Assembly (NCBI GenBank): GCA_039621445.1
Contig: CP154954.1
Location: 40,479,572-40,543,571, forward strand
Length of the DNA stretch: 64,000 nt
Direction of reading: 5' to 3'
Origin: Euglena gracilis
Lineage: Eukaryota
Position numbers and translations under genes: made by a program. The notes beneath the pieces were generated by a model. The model was given only the letters and a program-made list of their open reading frames with translations. It was not told the origin of the DNA and did not search any database. Every line of letters begins with the position of its first letter. Within the stretch, counting starts at the first letter, position 1. This document shows, one piece after another, positions 23,821 through 33,898 of this stretch.

Positions 23821-23949
23821 CAGGGTTTGATATAAGGAGGGCGAACATGGTTTAGGTTGGGGGTTGTCCCCCACCCCCCCCCCTCCTGGCCTGCAGGGGG
23901 GTCCGGACCACCCCCCCACCTGTCCTTATCAAATCCTTATCAAATCCTG
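23821..23949. mobile_element. Short hAT-like MITE, CAGGGTTTGATATAAGG family
   Basis: CAGGGTTTGATATAAGG ... CCTTATCAAATCCTG in a poly-C target. Looks like an internally deleted relative of 28531-28966. Confidence 0.75.
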
Positions 23950-24043
23950 CCCCCCCCCCGGTCCCCCCCAGGGGAAGGTGTGACCAACCAGGACCCTCAT
24001 GGCAGGAAGTGAGCGTTAGTTTTGAGCAGGGGGGTCTGGGGAC

Positions 24044-24271
24044 AAAGGTTTTTTTTTTAGCCTTGAACGCCGAGCCCCCCCTCCCCCTGGGGGGGTCCCC
24101 CCAGGGGGTGGTGGGATGCACTTTTCGACGCCGAAGGCGCCGGGAATTTTTGAGCGAGGTGCTGTTTTTTGCATTTTCACGATTTTTGGTCATTCTTTGG
24201 GGAAATTGATTGGTCCCCCGGATCTCCCCCGGGGGGGGGGTCCCACCCCCTGGTCTTAAAAAAAACCCCTG
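24044..24271. mobile_element. hAT-like MITE with perfect TSD CTGGGGAC, left TIR decayed
   Basis: CTGGGGAC|AAAGGTTTTTTTTTTAG ... CTTAAAAAAAACCCCTG|CTGGGGAC. Confidence 0.82.
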
Positions 24272-24598
24272 CTGGGGACCCCTGAAACCCAGAAAAAACC
24301 CTTCCCTGGTCTTTTGTGCTTCTTTTGGCCTCTTTTTGCCAATTTGTTGAATAAATCTCCAAAATGCGATTTTGCAATATGCACAAAAACGGCATAAAAT
24401 GCATTAAATAAGAGGTTTTGGGGGGGGAAGAAACGCAAAAAAAAAATGAATTTTCTGTTCTTTTTTGGAGCAGTCTGTTGTTATTTTTTCCAGTTAAATT
24501 GATTGTTTGGTGGGAGTATGTCCTGAAATCAGACAGGCGTGGCTACCTTTGGGATGGGGTATCCTTCTCAATGCCCCCCCCCCCCCCGTGCCGCACAG

Positions 24599-24674
24599 CC
24601 CCAGTGCTGCGCCCTGCACACGACCAAACGCCCTGCGCCGGGCGTGGAGGAAGTTGAAGACCAAGCTGCGGTGA
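24599..24674 (+). CDS. Exon A13, probable last coding exon (PSAAPCTRPNALRRAWRKLKTKLR*)
   Basis: GCACAG acceptor, phase 2, TGA at 24672-24674. The overlapping GTGAAC could alternatively be a donor. Confidence 0.6.
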
Positions 24675-26496
24675 ACAGAGGACATCGCCATCAATTGATG
24701 CCCAAGGATGGTAAATGGTGTCTATGTGCATTGGTGGTGCATGTTCACACAACATGAGATTGCGCCCCATCTTTGTTTGGCCGGGCCAGATTTTCAAAGT
24801 TTCGTTTCAAACGGAGCAATCTCTTTTTGGATGTTCAATGACTGGGAAGGGAAGGCCCAGGGTTGCCAATTGGGGGCTGAGAGGAGGGGGCAGGGGGGGG
24901 GGCTTTAACTTGTCATCAGTCCCTCGCCACCTGCAGATTGATGAATCATCAATTTTCCCAAACTTGGAATTTTTAATTCAGTTTTCCCTCAGTCATTGCG
25001 TCATTCTTGTTTCCTGCCATTTTATCCGGATAATATGTTGTATGTACCAAGGTGTGCACATGCATGTGTTTGTATGAAATATTACTGGGTCAATTTTATT
25101 CTTCTTTGTTGTTTTTTTTTACGATCCTTGGCGCCAGCCAAAGCCCAAGCCCAAGCCCGGGGCTAGCGCCCGGTGCCCATGGGCCTGGGGCAGGGAATTT
25201 CTTGAGCTGACCCCCTCCGGTGGGGGGGACGCTCAAGGGATTCCCTGGAGACTGGGGTGTGCCATCCCTCTGGGGAGGGCAAACCCACGGGTGGAAGCCT
25301 TGGCTGGGCACTCCTTGGAGGGTTGAGTTTTTGTCTGGTGTTTTTTTTTATTTTTTTTCCCAACAATCGGGCCTTTTTTTTTGAGTTTGGTGTCAGAAAA
25401 AGAAGAGAATTGGTTTGTTGCAAACAAAAAAAGGCACCTTCAGCACCCAATAGCGGCATTGGGTTTGAGATTTCCCAGCAAACGTTCTGGGTGAGAATTT
25501 GGGGTTGGCTCTTGAGGGAAGGCAGAGGAGAGGGTCTGGTTCCCCCCCCCCCCGCTTTCTGCATCCACAACCGGAAGCAAACTCATCCCTCGTAGGATTG
25601 CCCAGCCAGCCCCCCACCCCCCCCCTCCCCCCTCCCAGGCCAAAATGGAAATGGCCTGAACGTTTTGTTTTGGAGGGTTGCATGCAACTTTCAAGGGTTT
25701 CAAGGGTCAAACCCCCCTTTTCCTCTATTTTTGGCACAATGAGTTTCAGCCTCCAAAAATGACCCCCTATGGAATTAGTCCCTCACAAAGGTTTTTTCCC
25801 CCAAAGGATGGCGGCAGGTGGGGGGGCATGGACGGATCGGGAGGGGGGCAAATCTGCACCCCTGGAAGGTCTACCCAAAGTGCCGATTTTTGGGACATTT
25901 TTTTGAGCCCCCCCCCAAATTTGACCGCGACAAGAGGAACCCTTTGAGCCGTTGGTGGCCACCCCCAAGGAATGGGTGGGTTGGTGCCGACCTCCCTAAT
26001 CCTCGTGTTTCCCATTCTGGCCTGGCCGTGCCACAGGCTGACTGTGATGCAATGGCACCCCTCGCCCCGAGAGGGAGGGGTCAAGGCCCATCCCAGCAAA
26101 GGAAGCAAATCAAACCCAGATTCGAAGACTTTTCACTGCCTGGAAAAAAAGCACTGGGGACCCCCCCTTTGTGCCAAAATTTTGGCATTTTTGGCAAAAT
26201 TTCCCCCCAAGTGCCCCAAAATGACATTCTGGCCGCTTTGGTGGGGGGGGCAACGTTTTCCGTCTGGTGCTTTGCGCTGGACCAAAAATGGATCACCTGG
26301 ACCCTGGCTTCTTTTCAAGTCAGCAGAAACTAGGGTATGGGTTTCAGCGCGAAGGGAAATGGCCTCAAACAGCCCGATTTTATTGGGGGGAGGGGTCCCC
26401 CCCCCTGCACCGGGCTGGGTTGGGGGACCCCACCCCGGCGTTGTTTGGGGGGGGGGGGCTGGACCGGAGGAGAGCCCAACCGATATGAGTTGGGGT

Positions 26497-26769
26497 CAGG
26501 GATTTTTTTAAGTTTGGCCCCCGGGGGGGGGGGAGGGGGGGGTAGGGTGGGTGGGTCCGCCGGACCCCCTCCCCCCCCCCCCCGAGGGGGGTGGGATATA
26601 CTTTTCGGCGCCGCAGGCACCGAAAAAATTCTATTTTTAGCACTTTTCGCGATTTTTCGGCCATTTTTTGTGGGTCCCCCGGACCCCCCTCCCCCCCCCG
26701 GGGGGGCCCCCCCCGGGGAGGGGGGGGGGGCCCCCCCTCCCCCCCCCCCCGGTCTTAAAAAAACCCCAA
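26497..26769. mobile_element. hAT-like MITE, CAGGGATTTTTTTAAG family, right TIR decayed
   Basis: Body nearly identical to 30250-30517 and 41378-41646. Flanks GTTGGGGT / CTTGGGGT (7 of 8). Confidence 0.85.
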
Positions 26770-26863
26770 CTTGGGGTGCATCGCATCACAGCCAACCAGC
26801 CCCGCACGGGAGACCCCCATCCCTCACCCACTGACCACCCCCCACCACCCCCACCCCCACCAG

Positions 26864-27058
26864 GGCCATGGGCACCAAGTGGTGCTGGCCCCTGGCGCAC
26901 CTGCTGGCCAGCCCGGGTGATGGGAGCTGCCACGCCCTCGCCCTCCGCCCCACCGCCGCTGCCACCACCGCCATCGCCACCCCGTGGCAACCATCCGTTG
27001 GTCAGCGCCCCTGCTCCAACGACGCCTCCGACTGCCACCACCGACGCCCCCCGTCAGC
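26864..27058 (+). CDS. Candidate GC-rich exon, frame ambiguous (AMGTKWCWPLAHLLASPG... or PWAPSGAGPWRTCWPARV...)
   Basis: CACCAG acceptor, non-repetitive GC-rich island, two open frames. Confidence 0.4.
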
Positions 27059-27139
27059 GTCCCCGGTCCCACCGAGGCCTTTTTTTGCTCATACAAAGGC
27101 TGTACAGTTTTGGGAGAGGGAGGTTGTTAAGGTTGGAAT

Positions 27140-28163
27140 CTGGGGGTTTCTTTAGTCTTGGACCCCCGGGTGGGGGGGTGGGGGGTCCAGGGATGGATGG
27201 GAAGCCCTTCGGTATTGAGGTAGGTGGTGGGGGGGGTCCCTCCCTAGGGGGGTGAGGTGGTCGGGGGGGGGGGGTCCGGACCCCCCTTAGACGTTGGGAG
27301 GAGGGTTCAAAAAAATTCAAAACTGAGCATTTTTGGATCGATTTTCAAAGAAAAATCAGGGATTTTTGACCGATTTTGACCCAATATCCGGCCTTTTGCC
27401 CGTCCATGAAATCAAAAAATCTTTGCCCCCCCTCAGTTTCGAGGTACCGGGGGGAAAAAATTGGATGCCGAAAAAATTGATTGGGAAAAAATTGGCGTAC
27501 AGAAATCCTGCCAAATTTTTCCGGGCCTTTTTTGAAAATCCTGCCTCAAAATTTTGAAAATCACCCTTTTTCCAGTCATCTTGCATACAAAACCTGCCAA
27601 TTTTTTTGGGCCGTTTTCTGGTTTGGCACCAATTTTTTCGGCTTCCAATTTTGTCGGGTCTAATTTTATCTAGCTTCAATTTCCCCCCCCCCCCCGGTAG
27701 GGGGGGTCCGCCCCCCCCCCCGTGTCGGGAGGGGGTCCGACCCCCCCCCCGTGTCGGGAGGGGGTCCGACCCCCCCTCCCCCCTCCCTCAAGGCTTCCAA
27801 CATTTTTGGGGGGGAAAACCACCAACACATCAAAAAATGGGAAATATGTCCAAAAGTCAGCAAAAGGGGTGTTATTGCTCTTTTCCGGCGCTGTGCGCCG
27901 GAAGAAAATTTTCTGCTATTTTTGGCACCTGTCGAGGAGGGGGGGTCCGGCCAAGTCCCCACCCGGGGTCCACCCAGCGGGGGGTGGGGTATATTTTTCG
28001 GCGCCGAAGACATCAAAAATTTTGAAAAGGTGCTATTTTTAACATTTTTCGCGATTTTTTGGCCATTTTGGGGGGAAATTTAGTGGGTCACCCGGGACCT
28101 CTCCCTCCCCCAGGGGGTGGGTGGGTGAGGGAACCCCCCCCTGGTCTTAAAAAAAAAACCCTG
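27140..28163. mobile_element. Composite MITE: outer CAGGG/CCCTG family with an inner GGATGGGAAGCC family element from 27188
   Basis: GTTGGAAT|CTGGGGGTTTCTTTAG ... CTTAAAAAAAAAACCCTG|GTTGGAAA (7 of 8). Inner CAGGGATGGATGGGAAGCCCTTCGGTATTGAGG is the reverse complement of the right end of 29958-30241. Confidence 0.7.
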
Positions 28164-28530
28164 GTTGGAAACCTCCCAGGAGTGAAGGGACCGGACGCAA
28201 AGTTTTTTTTGTTTTGTCTCTGGCAAAAATGGGCAAAGGGGGCCAAAGTGTGGCCAACCGTTGCCAAAAGTGGCAAAAACGACCAAACATGGCAAAAAGC
28301 GGTCAAAAATGCCTAAAAATTCCCAAAAGTGTCCCAAAAATGTCCAAAACTGGCCAAAAGTGGCCAACCGTAGTCAAGACATAGCATAAATGGCCAAAAA
28401 CAGCCCAAAAATGGCCATATACCCCCATCTATGGTAAATTTTCCTCTGACTTGGGGTCCACTCCGCTTGTCTAACGACCACCACCACCCCCTGGTCGAGA
28501 CGAACATTGGCCATTTTAGCGACCCCCCCC

Positions 28531-28966
28531 CAGGGTTTGATATAAGGAGGGCGTACATGGTTTAGGTGGGGGGGTGTCCCCCCCACCCCCCCCCCCCTCC
28601 TGGCCCGCAGGGGGGGGTCCGGACCACCCCCCCCCCCCCACCTGCAAGGGGGGTCCGGACCGACCCTCGGGGGCGAAAATTGACCCCCCCAAAAAGGGTC
28701 AATTTTTTCCTCCGGCGCTTTGCGCCGAAAATTTTTTGCATTTTTCGCACATTTTTGCCCAAAAAGTGCCCAAAATGGCACTTTTGGTCGTTTTGGGGGG
28801 TCAAAAATTTTCGGCCCGGCGCTTTGCGCTGGGCCGAAAATTCGGCCACCCTGACCGCGCACCTGTTTAGGTGGGGGGGGTGTCCCCCCCCACCCCCCCC
28901 CCCCCCTGGCCCCCAGGGGGGGGGGTCCGGCCCACCCCCCCCCACCTGTCCTTATATCGAACCCTG
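28531..28966. mobile_element. hAT-like MITE, 18-bp TIR CAGGGTTTGATATAAGGA, TSD CCCCCCCC
   Basis: C8|CAGGGTTTGATATAAGGA ... TCCTTATATCGAACCCTG|C8. Confidence 0.88.
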
Positions 28967-29304
28967 CCCCCCCCGTCAGACACGAACATCAGTGGTCGTT
29001 GGACAAGGGGGGGGGGTAGGGGGACCTTCTCCTGCCCTTGTATCCAGTGACCCGTTTCCTCAAAAAAATTTTCATTGTATTTTCTTTTCCCTTTTGGCAA
29101 GGACTCAGCCGACCACGGGCACCCCGGGGCTGCCCCCCCCCCCTCGGGGGTGTGCCCCCCCCCGGTCGGTAAAAAAAAAGCCTGGTACCTGCTGACCTGA
29201 CCTCCTGTACTCGCTGATTTGTCTGGAGACAGTTTCCAGGGGGAGAGGAATTCTGTGCTTGCACTGGAAACTGGCCTGCCTGTGAGTCAGCCCACAACAC
29301 CAAC

Positions 29305-29872
29305 CCCTCAACCCCCGAAGCCCCCGGCCACCCTGGGCCCACCCCCGCACCTCCGGCTCAACCCCCGAAGCCCCCGGCCACCCTGGGCCCACCCCTGCCC
29401 CCCCCCCCCCGGCCGTGTCGGATGACCTCGCTTGGCCTCGGTTCGCCCTGGCCGAGCGAGGGTTCCCGGCGCGGAACGGGGGTGCTGTGCACAGCCACCT
29501 GAACCCCACCGCCTGAACCACCGACCCCCACAGCATTGGGCTCACCCCCGCAGCTCTGGCTCAACCCCCGAAGCCCCCGGCCACCCTGGGCCCACCCCCC
29601 AACCTCCGGCTCAACCCCCGAAGCCCCCGGCCACCCTGGGCCCAACCCCGCACCTCCGTCTCAACCCCCGAAGCCCCCGGCCACCCTGGGCCCACCCCCG
29701 CAGCTCCGGCTCAACCCCCGAAGCCCCCGGCCACCCTGGGCCCAACCCCGCACCTCCGTCTCAACCCCCGAAGCCCCCGGCCACCCTGCCACATCCCCTC
29801 CCCCGTGTCGGATGACCTCGCTTGGCCTCGGTTCGCCCTGGCCGAGCGAGGGTTCCCGGCGCGGAACGGGGG
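29305..29872. repeat. ~50-bp GC-rich minisatellite in two blocks, each ending in the same 62-bp stem-loop
   Basis: Unit CTCAACCCCCGAAGCCCCCGGCCACCCTGGGCCCACCCCCGCACCTCCGG, about 7 copies. Confidence 0.92.
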
Positions 29873-29957
29873 CCCCAGTCCGTATGGCCCCTGGCTTCCG
29901 CCACGTGGGACATAACAACGTGGTGTGCCTCTATTTGAGCCTGCTGTGTGTTGACAC

Positions 29958-30241
29958 CACGGTTGGATGGGAAGCCTTGAGGGGGGGGGGGTCGGACCCC
30001 CCCTCCCGACACAGAGGGGGGGGATGGGCAAAAAATGGGCAATATGTCCAAAAGTCAGCAAAAGGGGGTGTTTTTGCTCATTTTCCGCAGCGGAAGAAAA
30101 TTTTCTGCTATTTTTGGCACCTGTCAAGGAGGGGGGGGGTGGGAGGGTCCGGACCCCCCTCCCAACATCTGGGGGGGGGGGGGTGGTCCGGACCCCCTCT
30201 ACCACCTACCTCAATACCGAAGGGCTTCCCATCCAACCCTG
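29958..30241. mobile_element. hAT-like MITE, CA(C/G)GGTTGGATGGGAAGCC family, perfect TSD GTTGACAC
   Basis: GTTGACAC|CACGGTTGGATGGGAAGCC ... GGCTTCCCATCCAACCCTG|GTTGACAC. Confidence 0.9.
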
Positions 30242-30249
30242 GTTGACAC

Positions 30250-30517
30250 CAGGGATTTTTTTAAGTTTGGACCCCGGGGGGGGGGAGGGGGAGGGGTAGG
30301 GTGGGTGGGTCCGCCGGACCCCCTCCCCCCCCCGGAGGGGGGTGGGATATACTTTTCGGCGCCGCAGGCGCCAAAAAAATCTATTTTTAGCACTTTTCGC
30401 GATTTTTCGGCCATTTTTTTGTGGGTCCCCCGGACCCCCCTCCCCCCCCGGGGGGCCCCCCCCAGGGGGTGGGTGGGTGGGGGGACCCCCTCCCCCCCGG
30501 TCTTAAAAAAACCCCTG
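30250..30517. mobile_element. hAT-like MITE, CAGGGATTTTTTTAAG family, perfect TSD GTTGACAC
   Basis: GTTGACAC|CAGGGATTTTTTTAAG ... CTTAAAAAAACCCCTG|GTTGACAC. Confidence 0.92.
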
Positions 30518-30939
30518 GTTGACACCCTCTCCATTGGTTGTGTCTCCCCATTGGAATGTCTCTGTGTGTTTGAGAAGGGAACACGTGTGGGGGTGGGTCC
30601 ACCCTGGGGTGCCTCAAAAATCTGAATTGTGCCTGATCATCTGAAGCCCTGGGCAAATGACGGATTTTGGGATGCATGGGATCCGTGGTGGTTTCTCCTG
30701 TGGAACGGTTGGGAATATCGAAACTGACAATAGCCTGGAAGGACTCGAGGAAGCCTCTCTCCTCAATATTTCCCCCTCACAGGCTCCCCGTGGTTTTATC
30801 AGCAGCCCCATTATGTGCGCTCCATCCGCAGCTTGGCAAACAGCCCCCTGGGCTTTATGTGGTATGTGTGTGTTTGTGTGTGGGGGCGTTGTTTTAAGGG
30901 CCAGATTGCCTCAATGCCAGGAAAGCGGGGGGTGCCAAA

Positions 30940-31207
30940 CAGGGGTTTTTTTGTCATGGACCCGGGGGGGGGGAGTAGGGTGGGTCGTCCGGCCAAGCCC
31001 CCCACCCGGGGGGGGGTCCCCCCGTAGGGGGGTGGGATATACTTTTCAGCGCCTTTGGCACCGAAAATTTTTGAAATTGTGCATTTTTTAACACTTTTCG
31101 CGCTTTTTCGGTCATTTTTTTGTGAGCCCCCCGGGACCCCCTCCCAGGGAGGGTCCCCCCCAGGGGGTGGGTGGGGGCCCTCCCCCCTGGTCTTAAAAAC
31201 ACCCCTG
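30940..31207. mobile_element. hAT-like MITE with perfect TSD GTGCCAAA, inserted into a solitary 200-bp satellite monomer (~30895-31345)
   Basis: GTGCCAAA|CAGGGGTTTTTT ... AAAAACACCCCTG|GTGCCAAA. The flanks join into CCAGATTGCCTCAATGCC...GTGCCAAA...CCAGCCCCCGGGACCAGG. Confidence 0.9.
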
Positions 31208-31787
31208 GTGCCAAAATGCGCAACCAGCCCCCGGGACCAGGTCAGCTGGGTTCCCCACCGCCAAAAACCCCATCAATGCCAGAACCACTGCCGCCCGCCT
31301 CCCCCCGAACAGCAAAATTTTGGCAATTTTTAGGTATAAATCAGGGCATGGGGGGTGGTTTTGGAAGCAGACCTTAGAAGGTCGCATGATACCCAAAAGG
31401 ATGGGTTCTGTTGCAGGGTGACAGACAAGGTTTTCTTTCTGTGACGAGATCCTATTTTGGGGGAATTCCACATCCCCCCCCCAATACCAGCCTTAAAAAT
31501 GCCAAACGAAGCCCAGCAAACTGGGGGTTCAGCCCAACAGCGCAGTTCCCACCTTGCAGGCCGCGGTGGGCAGCCCCTCAGCCCCGGCCCCTCAGCTCCA
31601 CCCAGCGCATCTGCCAGGCCTCTTTTTCTCCCCATCCCCTTGCTTTTGGGATCTACGCCCCCTCCCTCCCTCCCAGCGCAGTCTCCCCTCCCTCCCAGGG
31701 GGAGGCTGGTGGGTGGCCCACAGGGATGCCGGCCCCCCATCAGTCCCCCCTGTTTTTCGCCCTCTCCCCCCCCCTCCGGTTTGAAAG

Positions 31788-32015
31788 GTGGCCACGACAC
31801 GCAGCGGTTGGCACGCACGCCGGGGGCAGGGTTGGCGGGCGGCCCACAGCGATGTGGGCGGCCCACCAGCCCTCCCCCAACCCCCCATCCCCTCCCTCCC
31901 ATGTCCCATCCCCCTCCCTCCTGGAAAGGAGGCCGCCCCCGAGGCTGCCCCCCCCCACCACCGCCCCCGGCGCCCCGGCGCCACTAAGCGCGGCTGGGCC
32001 AGGGCCCTGGGCCAG
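31788..32015 (+). CDS. Two candidate exons, 31788-31853 (VATTRSGWHARRGQGWRAAHSD) and 31929-32015 (EAAPEAAPPHHRPRRPGATKRGWARALGQ), split by a 75-nt intron
   Basis: AAG acceptors, GTGGGC and GCAAAC donors, phase 0 compatible. Confidence 0.4.
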
Positions 32016-33898
32016 GCAAACCGGCAGACCGCGGCCAAGGGGAATGGGGGACCCCCTTGGCCTTCCGCCACAAGAAGGGCCGGTTGGGAGCGGGGGCCGT
32101 AGGGGAGGGTGAGGGGGGACACCGTAGCCGGGATTCCCAACCGGCCCTTCGTTTGTCGCCTGACTGCCCCGCCTGGCGGGGGCTGTCACATAGCGTAGGG
32201 CCCCGGGGGGACAGGGTTGGGGTGGGGGGGGGGGCTGGGCACACGGGGGTGAAATGACAGCTCCCAGGATCGCCTCAGCCGCCACCCAATCCTCCCTCCC
32301 TCCCCCTTCCTCGATTACAACAACATCGGCACCTTCACCACCACCATCATCTTTTTATTTGCCGTGCCTGGGGTGTCATTTCGGGGTGTCTGTTTGTGCA
32401 AGTAGGTGGAGCATGAGGAATTGCTTTTTCAATGGGCTGTGTGGGGGTGTTTTGAAGAGTTTTGTGAGGCACGATGGTCATGGGGCCTGTTCATTGCTTT
32501 GAAAACGATGTCCAGTCAACTTCAAGCTTGTGGAAAGAGGTCAGAGTGCTTTCTTGGAGGTTTGAATGAGAATTTGGTGTTTCTTTGTTCCATTTTTTTT
32601 GTTCCATGGTGTTCCCCCCTCTTTGATCCAAGAGCCCTGGGCACTTCCCGTCATATGGTGGCTGGACTAAAAGGGCTATGGTGATGGGCCATTGGTTTTC
32701 ATTTTTTGTGCAATTATTCCATCAAACGTTACGGCATCAAACGACATCCATTGCTGTGCTGTGAAAGGGGGGTGGGTCAGTGAAAGGGGGGTGGGTTTGG
32801 GAAAGAAAATGTGATAGTTTCACCAACAAACTCTATGTATGCCCAGTGTGGTCACCAAGGTGATATTTTTATGGTTCACCTGTGAGCACCAAAAATTTTT
32901 ATGGCTACAAGTGGAGACCCCCCAAAAACACTTTGTGGCTCACAACCATGATTTCGTGGGTTGTCTGTGGGCGCTCACGGATCATCCGAGGGCACTCACA
33001 ATTTTGTGCTTTTCAAAATTTTTGTGGATGACATTGCAATTTGCAATCATTCAGCAACAGCGGGAGTCGTTTGTGGCCATCAAGTTTTTTTGGTTGTTTC
33101 TGTTGTTGACTCAGTTTTTCTTTTGTTCTTTATTTGAAGTATTCAAAGATATATGGTATTTTATGTTCATTTGATCATGACAATTTTTTTGATTCAACAA
33201 TTAAAAAAAAATGATTTGATTCTTTGTTACAAGTTGTATTTTATGAAGGTTGGTTGTTTTATATATTTTGTAGCTAGCTCTCTTGGGCTATTTTGAGCAT
33301 ATCGTCTGTTTGTTTTCATGAGATCTTTGGTCTTTGATGTTGCATTTTTCCATGTGATTGTTCTCTCCACTCCATTATTGGGTTGGCCTTTCACAACGTG
33401 GCCCTACCACAACCCAACAACCCCCTCCAAATCCAGTGCCCCGTGGCACTGCCCACATTTCTGTGGTTGGTTTGCGCCCCCTTCCTCAAAATCCCCTTCC
33501 TTTCTTTGCACTTGCGCGCTGGCACACACATGCACACCAATGATAACAAATCATGGCAATTATTGTATTGAGCGTGGTCATCCAACAGTTCAAGGCAGCT
33601 TCCCAAGTGTCAGAAGTGTTATGTGCCCTGTCTCTTGTTTTCTGCTTGCTGGGTGTTTTCCCCTTGAAATGACGTCATTGGGGGGGGCTTGATTGCATAT
33701 AAACCTCATAAAAAGGAATAATGCGGTCCCGGTCGCCTACACTGATGGGGCGTTAAGCACCTGGAGGTGGCTTTCGCTCTCTCTCTTTCTCTCTCTCTGT
33801 CTGTCTGTCTGTCTCTGTCTTGCGCCTTGCCCCCACCTCACGCAGTCTGCGCCGCCCCCCCACCCCCCATATGTCTTTGGCTTGCGGCGCACGACCAG

